Of a stretch of 64,000 nucleotides of DNA, positions 1 to 14,224 are shown one piece after another. A program made the translations under genes and the position numbers. This DNA comes from Nemertoderma westbladi (lineage: Eukaryota > Animalia > Xenacoelomorpha), in contig JAUCBJ010008331.1 of NCBI GenBank assembly GCA_032718475.1, positions 55,116 to 119,115 of the forward strand, read 5' to 3'. The notes beneath the pieces are model-generated. The model did not search any database and was not told the origin of the DNA. It saw only the letters and a program-made list of their open reading frames with translations. Every line of letters starts with the position of its first letter. Position 1 is the first letter of the stretch.

Positions 1-970
1 AGCCACGAAATGTAAAGTAATAATTTATTATTCTCATTCATAAAACTTTATTATTAAACATTAATCAGTTACAAATTAAAAACTTAACTGATAAATATAA
101 TTAGCATACATACATGGCACTTAATATCACTTATAAATTGAGATTTCTGGTTCTATCTGGAAAATTGACATTATCGTAAAATATAATTTAAATTGTTTTT
201 TTTTGTACAGTGTAATAAATATACTATTTGTGCAGCATGAAGGAACTAACAGGCAATATAATATACTACTATTGGCCGGATATTGTTTTAATTGTAAATT
301 ACACGTTAATTAACTATTTCCATATGACTGTGAATATAAAGCAACGATGATTAGTCCACTGTAAAGTCCAATAATGTTAATATTTTAATTTAACTAAATT
401 AATCTTGCCGCAATAGATATATTATGGAGTATTACTATTAATAGATAGATTAATAATTATTATTAATAGGGTATTAATAATAAAGTATTTATTCATGCCT
501 TTCACTGGGAGTTATAAATATGAGATTGAATTAATACAAGCTTCTTTAAAAAAATTAAATACAAAATAATACCTTGTAGATCTTTAAATTAAATAATTGC
601 TTTAAACTGTACATAGAGCGATGGGTGCGAATAAAGTATACGCTGATATAACTGAGCACTCTCTCTTACAACAATTTTAATAATTATTTTACAACCCCAC
701 GGATAGGTATTTCGGTCCATCATTAACTACATCACAATAAATTTATAGCACAATAAGACATTTCAATTAAAACAATACATCGTTAATATTCTGTTATATT
801 GTACTGTAATTTAAAATTACCATGGGGCTTATTATCTGAAATTCTTATTCATAGTCTTTCTTTATATTACAGCTTCGTCATAGCTTATGCTTATGTGATA
901 AGTATAATAATATTACATATGATAGCTGATTCAAAAAGCATAATATAACTTGTATGTCTGTATATTATTG

Positions 971-3900
971 TCATGGAAACAGCCTATTAAACCATGTGTG
1001 GAAACAAAGTGCGTTAACAACACCTTCAATAAGGTTTCGTCTGGCAGTTACACTCACAACAGACCCGGTAGGACTTTCTTTGTGCACCACGTGGACTTTA
1101 TTACTGGCTTTACCCACATCGAAATGGAACATAACAAATAAGTCACTAATTTCACGATCAATAACTATAGCATACTGCTCAAGATTATCCTCATCGTGAA
1201 ATATTTTCACATTGTCTCCATATTTCCCTTTGAATGTGTTAACCAACGAATGATTCAGCGACAAAGATCGTAGACATACATCCTCTTCTTGAAGTTTGGT
1301 TACAGTAACATAGGGTAATAACTGCTGCAACAGAGAGAAGTTGAAATATAACTTTGCCTTCGGATTACTATGATCTAAGTCGCGCCACTGAAGTAGAGTT
1401 GAAAGTGTTGAGTCAGCCCCCGTGGTGGGGTCTCGGAAAAGGTGTTTCCACAAAGTGTCCTTGAAACATTGGACCTCGACAGAAGTCAAAATAGTTTTCA
1501 CTTTCTGATGAAGTTTTTGAACTTCAGCCTGTAGTTTATTTTGAGTCAATTGATCGCAAAGATTAGAGTGCTCACCTCCAACGGTTTGTTTTTGTGGTTC
1601 ACCGTCGTCACTCAAAATAACTTGCAACTTTAGTATAACATTGTCCGTAAAGTCTTGGCGACTGGGACAGTACACGCTGCTTCCCGCAATCTCTCTGGTC
1701 TCAAAATGAATCATAGAAATTACACAAGTGAGGATAAAGTTCCTCCTGTACTCAGTTGACTTGTTTCCTAAAAATGACCAACTTGTATTTTGCTGCCCTA
1801 CAAGGGCACTCCGTGTTTCCGCCTCAGACACACTGTGCTTCTTATAACCATGATCACTGGCAGTATCCAGTAGATATTGAAACACACTGCTAGGCGTCAT
1901 CATCTTGACGGGAAAAGCGAGATTGGAAACAGAAAGCCTGATATCGTCCCCGGGTGGTGACTTGTTCAACCTGGCAAAGTCACTTAGAAACTCAACCACA
2001 TTGTAGCCCACGGAATCACTCGGTTTTTTATTTTCCCTGGGTAAATATGTGTCGTTAGAACCAGCCACGTAATCCTGTAGGCATTGTAAGTGAAAATTAT
2101 AAATGTACCTTTCTAAAGTAAAATCGTTTATTACCGTATCGCATTCGGACTTGAAGAGTTCTTGAACTGTGGATAAATCGTTATCATCATCAGTACACGA
2201 ATAAAAAACTAGTTCGGATATCATGGTAACTTCCATACATTTAAAATCAACCACAATATGACAGTTCTCATATTGTATGATACAAACTAGAATGCCCCCC
2301 TTATATGTCCGTTCTAATAATACAGAACCAGGTGCTATGGTATAGTCACTTATTGATTCGCCGGAAACATGTCTAGATCTAGAGTCTGAAGATGCCTGGG
2401 ACTGACGAATATTTATGAAGCCAACACTTAGTAAATAAGATGTCAGTTTATGTTTAAGACGTTCAATAATATTAGTATACCAGTTTGGTAAAACTGCAGG
2501 TACCACAGAGGTTATTTGTTCATTGTCAACGGCAATACAATCATTACCATCTTGTTCAGACATCGCATCGCTATAAACTAATAAATTTCTAAATGCTTCC
2601 AAAAACAGTACAGGTGCCTTAAATGTTTTAAGAAAACGCGACGATTCTACTAGGACATAGCAGTCATCAACACTCATTGGTATCGTTGAACTGGAACCTC
2701 CATAATGCCAAAACATGTCATAAACATTGAAGAGTTTCATTTTTCTTATTGTCATATTTTTCCTAATATCATGAACATCGAAAAGATGTTTACCGTATTT
2801 TGCTATTAGATCCTGGCTTACATCATAGGGGATACTTTGGGGTGACTTAAAATGCTGTACGTTTTGTAGCACATTATCCACGGGAAACTGTTCCATAAAT
2901 TGTGAATAGACTTGTAAACTTTTGAAGGAATTAATATCTTGAGAATACTTTTGACAACAGAGAATTTCTATTAAATTTGACATATTTTTAAAATGATGTT
3001 TAAGATCCTCTACTTGGCCAAAGCCAAAGTTGTCGACCATGTTATAATTTTCTTCACCAAATTTACCACAGAAGCAGTTGTGATGATATATGCCCAACTT
3101 CTGCTGTACAATGCAATTCATTAGCGTTACACGCATATTATGAAACCTTATTATTTCACAAACCTCACTACTAATTTTTTCAGAACTTTGCAAATTGTAT
3201 TCATAAACAGTGACATCAGTATTGATAACCTCAAGCAGAAATAACATTTGCCTTTGGCAAATAGGAGGTTGTTGTCCATAAATAGGTGAAAAGCAGGGTA
3301 CTGGTGCTTGGTAGTTATTTCGACCTTTATCACTGTCAGTCCAAAACTTAGTTGAGGTAAGATCAGATGGCATAAATATGAGATCTTTTTGCAGTTGCGC
3401 CTGCTTCTGATTTGCACGTGTTGCAGTAGGCACATGTGTTGCTCGAGCAATGACCACAAAATGAGCTTCTTTGCCAATATCCCGGGTCGGCCTGTTGCTC
3501 TGACTGATAGTATCAGTCAGATCATAATACAAACCATTTAATTCCTTAAAAATAGTAACATTGATATCAGCAGCACTTAAGAATGATTCCAAAAACAATG
3601 CCACATCTTGGAACACATTAATGGCTATATACTTAGTAGCAAGTTTGATATTCAAATGGGAAACACTGGGCACGTGTTCAGTGATGCACACATCAAAATG
3701 ATCCTTTAATGAATTTATAGTCCTTGATGAAATACTATGGGGTATTTCTAATTGCAGGTGACATACTTCTGTCAAAGTATCACATATGGAACTGCGAAAA
3801 ATATGATTTAACACTTTTTCCAGAGACTCCACATTTATTTTACCTTTGTACCATATGCTAAACATGATTGTGGTGCATGAGAGACTATTATTGTCACGTA

Positions 3901-6900
3901 TTATATCAGATGTGTTGGGTGCAGAGTGTGGACTCGACGACTCGGAAACAGTAAAGTCAATAGAAGTTCTTTTAATATTAGAGGAATCGAACAACGACAA
4001 AATCATAATTCCAATACCCTTTTGCCCCATCCCTCTTTGATTGATTAAATACACATCACGACTGTTAACAGCCTCAACATGTGGACCTGAAAAATCCAGA
4101 AATTTGCTATTTTTATCACAATTTGGATTTTTAAAGGTTGACATTTTATGATCCATACTGATGTTCTGTCTTAAATAATATCCAAACTGAAATAAATGTT
4201 GTTCAATAAAAACTGGAATGGTAAATCTGAAAGTATTCTGAGGGGCTTTTCCATAAGGTTGAATAAATTCAATATCGCTAGTAGTTAGCTTAGTCTGAAG
4301 ATTCCGCTCCAACAATAAGCACATAACATCTAACGTTGCTTCAGTTAAACGTCCTTGAAGCATCTTTTCCATATCAATTGTACTAGGACCTGGCATAGAA
4401 CTGCCGTAAACACCATAAATAACTAAGCGAAGGCAGTCCCAGGTAGAAATAATATTTCGCCTGGAAGTAACATCATTATCCATATGAGAAGTAACTGTTT
4501 CATTTAAAGATATATTGTCAGAATCATTTCGTTGTGAACCCTCCACAATTTTCATATAAAATACATCTTTATTTTTTTCTTGAAATACAAATACTCTTTT
4601 TCTATTCTTTACTTCAAGCTGGGCCAAGTCGCACATTACAGCATTCAAAGCCTTAGATTTACCTCCATCCCTCTTTGTATTCAAACGAGGGTGAAGTGGC
4701 AGACAAATAGTATAGCACTTATTACAAGCAAATTCTCCAGGCTCAAAGTCCATAGTTGCCTTCAAATACCCAAATTGGTTAATAAAATCATTGGCTTCAA
4801 CATAGATATCATCAACAGGGGGGGAATTCGACCTGCTAATATTGCCTTTGTGGGGTGAAAACATTAGATTTTCATCATCTTCTGGGATAAGAAGCATATT
4901 ACAAACACTTTTCTCATACATATCATGAAGAAGTAATTTTTGATTCACATACTTTACACAATTACATATAAAAGTTTTAACATTCTCAATAAGTAATTTA
5001 TGCGCATGTTTCATATTTGCCTTGTCTTGCGAATGAAAGTGGACTTTTATTTCATCTGATTCAACCTGGAGTATCAGCCAAAAGTCTCTGGCTAATGATG
5101 TATCCTCAGAATCCTCAATTTCGCTCAAATCACCATCATAACCTCCATCATTAAGACTCAGTCTTGAGGTAAAAACACTGGGAGCTGTGCTAATGGTAGC
5201 ACTGGGAGGCTCACTAGGTTGCACCATTGAACTTGGTGTAAATCTGTAGAGAATGGGACTACTCCTATATGCATGTGAAACATAGTTCAATGCCATATCG
5301 TCTTTAGTTGATCCATCTTTAAGCTTTTTCCGCACTGCATTTAAGTTCCCAGACAAAGGCCTTCGCCTGGGTGTTCCAAGGTCCATACTAGCGCTTCTAC
5401 ATCTGTGTGAACCACTAGTAGGAGACAAAGCATTACTTCTAGCCAAGGGGGAAGTGTCTGCAGTTGTAGAACCACAAGTATCTACACAGGCAAATCTACA
5501 ACCCAACAAATTCGATTTAGTAGCAAAATGATCTCTGATCAAATTCGAAATAAGAATCGATTTCCTTTTAGCTAATCTTTCAAGTAAGATCAATGACAAA
5601 GTTTGTGATGTTGATACAATTATTGTAGAGGATAACATCGGCATTGTAGTAACTGGTGTAGAAGCATCGCGATCACAAGACAACAGGTTGTGATTGTAAT
5701 ACGAATGAGGAGTTTCAGACAGTGTTATATCAGAGGTTTCAGACAAAGGGCTGATAACATCAATGGCTGTGGGATTTATCAACTTGTTGTCTGTTAAGGA
5801 TAATTGCAATCCTGTACCATATTGTCGTTGTCGTGTTGGACAGGGGATACCTGATTCAGAATCCAATGATAATAATATAGGGGCAGTATGTGTAGAATCA
5901 AATGCACACCCCTGTTTAGTGACAATATAACCACTACCGGTACTTGTAGGTTGTGATTCACTAATCGCTGATACAGCAGATGAACAGTAACCCATGTGAC
6001 AATATGAATTTTTATTAGCACAGCTAACTTCATTTGATTGTTTACAATTGGCCCCACATTGCTCAGTAACTGTACAAGCAACACTTTTACAATAGCTAAT
6101 AGGAGCTTTGGAAACTATATCTTTACATAACATATTGTCATTAATTTTGATAGAAGCATCAGTAGCTACTTCTGCTGTCATATTACAAATATTTGATATA
6201 GGTTTCATATGCTCTTCATTACTAGATAATACTGGAATGATTACATCGTCTGGATGTGACGATTTTATGTCATCAAGATTTATCTTTTCAGTTAGTGGCA
6301 TCCCTACAAGTTCCTCCTTTGAGTCGCAAGGAGTATCAGGGATGTTCTGATTAGTTAATTTATCACAATGAACTTCATCAATGGGAGACTCTTTATTATA
6401 AAGCAAATTTGGTGATGATGAAAATTGTTGATCATGTGATACAGATTGAATATCTCGTTGTACAATGAAATGCTCAAATTCACTTTGACTACTTGGAGAT
6501 TGACTACTAATATTTCCCATACATGAATGTAATTGCAATTCGTTATATAATTGAAAAGATGTAGGACTCTGAAAGACATCTTTCGAATTAATTGCCAGAA
6601 AGTACAACTTTGTACCCAATTTTCGAAGTTGGTACTGTTTATATGTAAATTTAATTAGCTCAGCAATAAATATGCCACTACTCTCTGTGGGACCAAACAC
6701 AAACTGCAAGGGAATGGATTCAAAATAACAATTTGGTTTATTTGTTGAATTTCTAACATGGTGCATGACAATGTTAAGGGTATCATTGTTTACAATAGAA
6801 GATACGTTATATAAAAAAGCAGTGCACATCTCATCTTGGAGATACCATTCGACTTTGGATTGTAAATCTCTGATAATAAATTGTTTGTCTTTGGAAAGTG

Positions 6901-9900
6901 GTGATAAAGGATCAGCTGAGCTTGCAGGCATCTCAACTGAGTCATTAATAAGTAATCCACTAATTTCATCATCATCTCCTTTTGAAAGACTGGCCATAGG
7001 AGGGGTACTACCATGAGAATCCAGACGACTGTGATATGGAACACAATCATCCGTTTCAGATGGACCTATTGTAAGGCAAATAATATCTAGGATTAACTGC
7101 ACATCTTCTAAATATCTATCATTAATCTGAGACTGCAGGTTCAACGCTATGTCTAGAATGCATGTTGGAAGATCTTTGACTGGTAAGGAATAGTGTATCC
7201 CAGCGCCTTTACATTTCAAGGAACAAGTGAGAGAAAGAAATAAGGGCTCATGATCTTCTTCATCAGGTACATTGAATAAGTCGTGTTCTAACGACAAATC
7301 TTCCTTGTCATATTGTTTTTCCTCACCCATATCTGAGTCTGATTTGGAACTGCATCTTTCAAGGTTTTGTAAGGTATGAATTTGTTCATTAAAAATAACA
7401 TCCTGATCAGAATCATTAGGAGAAAAAATTGCTTCTGGAACTGCTTCATAGCCAAGTCTGCTAATTTTGGAATCATTACATCCAGTAGATCCTGAGATAT
7501 CACTTGAAAGCGGATTACAGAAATAAAAATAATCACACTTATTTGGTATCGGCTGAAAATACTGATGCAGAATATCCAAAAAAGAGTGGCGTGAAAGTGG
7601 TGTGACCTTTCCACAAGGCTCTTTAAGTAAATCTAAGGAAAACTTCAGTGGTAGTATTATCTGAATGCCTGGGGAAAATGGAGACATATTTAATGATGAC
7701 TCGCCTGATGATTCTCGTGATTTGTCTCTATAAGGTAACAGACAACCTCTATGAGATGAAGATAAATTAATAAAGAATTCATTTGCCAAATGGGAACACA
7801 TGCTTCTTATATAGTTAGTCATGTTTATCTCAATTATAGGTTGATCAACCATCAAATCAACTGCAGCAGTAATATCATATTCATGTATTGTATCTTTACT
7901 CAAAAGACTATCATAAACTGTAGATACAAAGCTATGGTAATATGTTTCAACAACCAATGATGTCTGCTTCTTCAAAGTAGTATTCTTAAAATAATCATAA
8001 ATATTATCTTTGTTTAGGAGATTTAGAAATGGATTAAAGGTAAAGTTATCTGATTTGGATTTTGGATTTTTGGAAATGTGAGAATCAAATTGTTTATCAA
8101 TAAATACATACGATTTTTTATTAGCTTCACCTGTTTGAGCTAACAAATTCTGACAGATTTCTGACAAATAACAATCGTAGAGAAAAACTGGCATTGGCAA
8201 GCCAAGACAAAATGAAGGCATGTCACTTTCACCATTATCACAATAATTATTTTCTTGTCCAAATGTTGATATGTTATATAACAAACAAATGTCATTATAG
8301 GACTTTGGAACAAATATGACTGTCATCCTATGCCTTGAATCCCCATCTATCTTCTTTACAAAACCCTGCCATTTAGGAGTTTCTTCATTGCAATCATAAT
8401 TTGATTCAATATTATGAGATTTACTTTCAAATGGTTTTGATATTTCAAGTATATCGAGTACCAATCTAGAATATACTCCATGTTGATCATTTGATAAACA
8501 CAACTCATTATCAAAAAGTTTACCAAGTTTTTTTAAAAAATCATTAAAAAGTAGTTCATTGGGCAACTTCTCAGAATGAAGAATGCCTGTTGAGTTATGA
8601 GAATGAAAATTTTCCATAAAAGTGGAGAAGGCAATTGCAGAGCCCTGGCTCATTGAAATAACTGAAATTGGATCAAATTCGGAAGATACAACAGTGATCC
8701 TAGAATCCAGACTTTCATTCAAACTATGAAATGATTCATCATGTTGAGGAATTGCAGATGGTAGTTTCATTATATCTGACTTACATAATATTTCCATTTG
8801 ACCAAATGAAAGTAAAGTTTGAACAATCTTATAGTCCGCATCATAAATATGTTTATGGACATTTTGAGCAGTACAATCATCATACAAATCTGTAAACAAC
8901 TTTCCAAGTTGTGGTTCAACCCAAAGTTCAGTTGTAATGTGCATTAACCCATCATGTCCACTATCTGGAATGCTAGTGGCCACATCTTTTCCGGACCCAT
9001 TTTCATCAATAATTTCGCCATCACTAAGGACATGAGGGGGAAATATAACATACTGCAAAAGACAAGTGCCACTGTTCTGTGAACCATTACTGTCTGCCTC
9101 TGGGGTGACATCAACTTCGCTCACTACATTCAAAACACCATTACTAGAAGCAGCAGGGTGGTAATTCTCCAATAGTTTCTTTTTGGTCAACAATGACAAT
9201 ATCTTCTTCAGCATAGGCTTAGTTATTTGAGGATTGCGCGTTTGGATATCATTAGTTAGCCATATCCAACGTATGTGATATAAATATCTGGAAAGCTTCC
9301 GCCACATATCCACATTCAATTTAACCTTTTTCAAATTAATTGCACTGTAAAGATGTCGATCAACAGATGGGGGTTTCAAAGATAAAAAATCATCTGGTTG
9401 TCTATCATATCGCACAATAAACCTGTACAATGACTTCTCAAAAATATAAACACATTGCTTAAGATTTTTCAAGCCAGGTGTGGCATCGCTAAGCGATTTA
9501 CCACTGAACTTACTACGCTTATCACGCACTGTGGTCTTATTAATAAGACTCTTTAACTCATCCAGCACTTCCTGGCGAATCACTGGTGTTGTGTTGCATA
9601 AAAACCCAATATGTAGAACGAGAGAAGGTGGGGAAGACTCTATTGTAACGATAGCATAACCAGACGGGACATCTTCGTTATTAATAAATGAAAATTTAAC
9701 GTACGAATGGCTTTCAACTAACACAAATGTAGACCATTTCTGAAGAGTTTCTGTAAAAGCCTGGAAGGATAAACAACATCGAATTGGTTCAAAACGACTA
9801 CTTGAATTAGGTATATGTAAATATTTTGGAAGTGGGTTATCATATGCCAGAATCAAGGTAATGTTGTGTGTATGAAACCATTTGTGCCAGTAAACCACAT

Positions 9901-10578
9901 TTAAATCAGATAGGGGAAGCCAATATTTGGAAAAATCATCAGAAATGTCTGGTAATGGAGATTTAGAGGTTTCGAGATATTGAGAGCAAGGTAGCCCCTT
10001 TCTTATGCAATCTGGAACAATGTAATGCTCTGAGGATAATCGAAATGTATGCAAATGAACGATTGTTCTATCATTGTTTTGAATGGTTTTCATTGTATGA
10101 AAAAACTTTTTGATAATCCCACTGCGAATAGGTGAATAAGGAACGGTTGCAAATTGGCATGAAATGTCATGAACAAAGTCATAATCACCGCGGTAATTTA
10201 ATTCAATCTTTGTTTCCAACGAGTCTTTGTTTGTTGCCCACTTTATTATATATTCCAAGTCAATATTGTGACGCCATGGAAAAAGTAAGTGAATCTCGTT
10301 TGAATCTGGGTCATCATGAAACTGAATATCCTCTAAGCTCCAGCCTTCACGTAAGCGTGTGTATAAAATGAGCCAAGGATTGACTCTATGTGTTGCTGAG
10401 CAAAACGTTTGGCGCACAGTACCAGTTTTTTGACTTTCATAATCTTTCAATAAGGAAATACCAGAACAAGAAGAAAATACATTAGAGCCAATGATGCAAG
10501 AAGATTTTAACTTCGATTTGCTTGGTCTTTTCCTCTGCAAACTCCATATTAGGAAGTCATTGTGATATTGATTCATAT
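971..10578 (-). CDS. SZT2: SZT2 coding exon 2 (single 9.6-kb exon)
   Basis: 3201-aa open frame with SZT2-like motifs (RLREGW, WHKWFHTH, GGYDGD..E..SE, DFWLIL, VNQKLLLHDM...CNMLL, PLHPRL, C-terminal VVNALCFHTW). A pyrimidine tract and acceptor TTTCCATAG|AT precede it. G+AT gives Asp and keeps the frame with exon 1; the spliced product is ~3525 aa. Confidence 0.9.
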
Positions 10579-12697
10579 CTATGGAAAGTTATAGGAAATA
10601 GACAATGAAAAAGTGCAACAAAAATTCTTAGCAGTGATTGTGAAAGCAATTAATTAAAAAAACCTGTGTATTACTGCAACAATCATGGACGGTTAAATAG
10701 GTATTTAACCACATATACTTATTTACAAATGTATAGGTATATGTGCTTTTTTTACAAGTCTTCTATGTGGACCAATCAGTACTGTATGGACCATTCTCTA
10801 TCATTGCCTCCCACTAGAAGCCGGGTACATCACTCAGCAGACGGTGAAGGTAAATGTGGGAAAAAATGAATGTTAGCAAATAAAAACAGGCATATTTGGA
10901 AAATTCCAGCTCACTATTTAACCTTTATGTATATTGTATACACAACACAGCATGCCGACTTATACTTATTAATATAGTAACGAAACACTCATTCATATAG
11001 TAACGAAACACTCATTCATATAGTAACGATACACTCATTCATATAGTAACGATACACTCATTCGAATATAGTAACGAAACACTCATTTGTAGTAACGAAA
11101 CACTCATTCATATAGTAACGATACACTCATTTGTAGTAACGAAACACTCATTCATATAGTAACGATACACTCATTCGTAGTAACGATACACTCATTCGAA
11201 TATAGTAACGAAACACTCATTTGTAGTAACGAAACACTCATTCATATAGTAACGATACACTCATTCATATAGTAACGATACACTCATTCGAATATAGTAA
11301 CGAAACACTCATTCGTAGTAACGAAACACTCATTCGTATAGTAACGAAACACTCATTCGAATATAGTAACGAAACACTCATTCGTAGTAACGAAACACTC
11401 ATTCGTATAGTAACGAAACACTCATTCGTAGTAATGAAACACTCATTCATATAGTAAAGAAACACTCATTCGTAGTAACGAAACACTCATTCGTATAGTA
11501 ACGAAACACTCATTCGAATATAGTAACGAAACACTCATTCGTATAGTAACGAAACACTCATTCATATAGTAACGAAACACTCATTCGTATAGTAACGAAA
11601 CACTCATTCGAATATAGTAACGAAACACTCATTCATATAGTAACGAAACACTCATTCATATAGTAACAAAACACTCATTCATATAGTTACGAAACACTCA
11701 TTCATATAGTAACGAAACACTCATTCGAATATAGTAACGAAACACTCATTCATATAGTAACGAAACACTCATTCATATAGTAACGAAACACTCATTCATA
11801 TAGTTACGAAACACTCATTCATATAGTTACGAAACACTCATTCATATAGTAACGAAACACTCATTCGAATATAGTAACGAAACACTCATTCATATAGTAA
11901 TGAAACACTCATTCATATAGTAACGAAACACTCATTCATATAGTTACTAAACACTCATTCGTATAGTAACGAAACACTCATTCATTCATATAGTTACGAA
12001 ACACTCATTCATATAGTAACGAAACACTCATTCACATAGTAACGAAACAATCATTAATTGACATAGTAATGAAATAGCTATTCATTCACATATAAAGAAC
12101 ACTACTAATGGCTCCAGTTCGACTGAAAGTCCCATCGGAAGACATATTTATTATATATATCTTAAATAGAAAGTTAATTCGTTTACAAATAATGGCACCA
12201 TTTTCCAATATCTTGGAAAATATATTTTTCAAGATTCTCCCAAGGTGAAGTCAGATAGTGGTGAGAAATTGGAGAACCGTGCTGTATAAATAATTGATTT
12301 AAAAAAAGTACTGAAAAATTTAATTATGTCGGCTAATTTAAATGTAAAACATTTTTTCTTATGCATATGTAGATTGTACAACTGCATGAAAGTATTTCAA
12401 CATATTTCAGAGTTATTGGACACAATAAATTTATGGTGCGGCACGATAGCAGTCACTATTGCTCTAGTCACTAGTGCACTAGTCACTATAATCATGCTTT
12501 TAAACGATAACAAAAAAGGGATATTTCAAACAAAACAAGTTAATCTGGTAGTATTATGTGAACGTATGGCCTCTCCCAGGAAGCGTAACGTTATTTATTG
12601 ACGGCGCATTGTGTTTTTAATGAAAAGGCCTACCCATAAGTTGCACAAATATTAGCCATTTGAATGAATTGTTTATGTCCGGCACATGTAGCCTTAC
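10579..12697 (-). other. SZT2 GT-AG intron (2119 bp, phase 1)
   Basis: GTAAGG donor and TTTCCATAG acceptor with compatible phases; both flanking ORFs are SZT2-like. Confidence 0.85.
10973..12055. repeat. Intronic minisatellite with 21/23/25-bp variant units
   Basis: The core AGTAACGA(A/T)ACACTCATT(C/T) repeats in tandem over ~1.08 kb with short linkers (ATAT, GTAT, GAATAT, GT). Confidence 0.97.
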
Positions 12698-13667
12698 CTT
12701 TAGCCGTATCCGATGTTTTGGCAGAGTCCACATTGTTAACATAGTGCCCAAGTGTTGACTTAGATACATATTTAAGGAATTCGGTATTGGGAGTGAAGCC
12801 TAAGGACGAAAATGTTGCCGAAATATTTCCACTGCTATACGCACCAATTTGGATAAAGGAAACCGGTGTAGTTGAAGAACTAAATTGTAATAATACACTG
12901 TCAACCTGATTAGTCTCAGGTAAACTGGTGATTCCATCACTCAATACTATAACTTCGGGCATACTATTTTCGGGTAACAATTTTAATGCCATCACTCCGA
13001 GATGGAGCATATCCAACAGTTGAACATCCGAAGAAACAACTTGGTGAACTGGTAGGTTTTGGGACAATCTAACAAACTCATCTTCAATTTCGTGTAAACC
13101 CAGTTTAATAATGTTAAGTAATCCCGATATAGTGTTTCTGCTCAACAAATATCCCTGAACAATAACATTTTGACATGGATAGAACGAGGTAAAGGCAATA
13201 ATTGTTATAATGATTTCTGGGGAATGTAAATAATTATCACTTCCTGGCACAATAAATGATTGGGATATTCCATTCAGCACATTGTATAGTATAGATGAAA
13301 CTTGTTGATAGTAAACATCGCCGGTTGAAGGGTCAATCGCAAAGAGACTAGGACTCACATCTATCAGAAAAACAAAACGATAACTTAGGGATAAAAATCG
13401 AACAGCAGTAGAAGCGGATAGTCGGAATGTTTTTAACTCATCTCGGGTTGCCTCATCGTCGTATTTATGAGCGGAAACACCCGACAAAATTTCAATTTCA
13501 TTTGAAGAAGACAAAATGAAATCTCTTTGACATCTTTCAACATCATTATTCAAGTTCTTTATCAACCACTCCACACGAAGGTTACGCGAAATACGCACAG
13601 ATTTCTTGAGGAGAACATAAATTTCATCGGCTTCCTGGATGGCAGTATCATGACAAATAGAAGGCAT
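12698..13667 (-). CDS. SZT2: SZT2 coding exon 1 (N-terminal 323 codons + 1 nt)
   Basis: The translation EADEIYVLLKKSVRISRNLRVEWL...YRFVFLIDVSPS...DPSTGDV...FIVPGS...PEIIITIIAF matches the SZT2 N-terminus as I recall it ([25 protein letters not shown]...YRFVIELDLSPS). A donor site AAG|GTAAGG lies at 12698/12697, phase 1. Confidence 0.9.
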
Positions 13668-14224
13668 TATGACTGCTGTTAACAGTGATTGCTAATGAAA
13701 ATTACATAGGACTAATAATAATATAATAGTCGATCAGCTAACCCACCCACACCACAATCATCCGATGCCGTAATCTCATATTCATACTGTCATACGCCAA
13801 TAAACCATATCAAAATAAATAAATATGATGCTAGGGGCAACAGGGATAAGTCAGAATGCAGTAAGTGGGTTGTTCTTTACCATTTACTGTTGGACAGTCT
13901 GGCACTGGCAGTTCACAATCTGACAATAGACAGATAGTCCTAGGCCAGTAGGCGGCTAGGCTAAATTTAAGAAGACATACCGGCATGGCGGCATGTACTA
14001 CCGGCACCGGCTGACCGATACCATCTGACCATTTAATACAAATAATAATAATCAGTGATGCTAATTGCTGAATTGGTTAGAGGACTAAGTACTGAAGTAC
14101 TAAATTACTGGTAATTTTAAATCTCAGAATTTTTCAATTGATATATTTTTGTATTGGCCTATCCTGCTACAGTGCTATCCTAGTATCCTCACCTTACATC
14201 AGTACATACCACATACTGTACTAC

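Noticed and set aside
950-10371. Short ORFs overlapping or antisense to SZT2
   Set aside because: Shadow ORFs of the long coding frame with no recognisable motifs.
10973-12055. CRISPR-like array
   Set aside because: The linkers are only 2-6 nt and recurrent, not unique spacers. There are no cas genes and the array is in a eukaryotic intron, so it is a minisatellite.
12630-12697. C-terminal end of the 345-aa ORF as a stand-alone protein
   Set aside because: This is read-through into the intron past a strong donor; the ORF is SZT2 exon 1.
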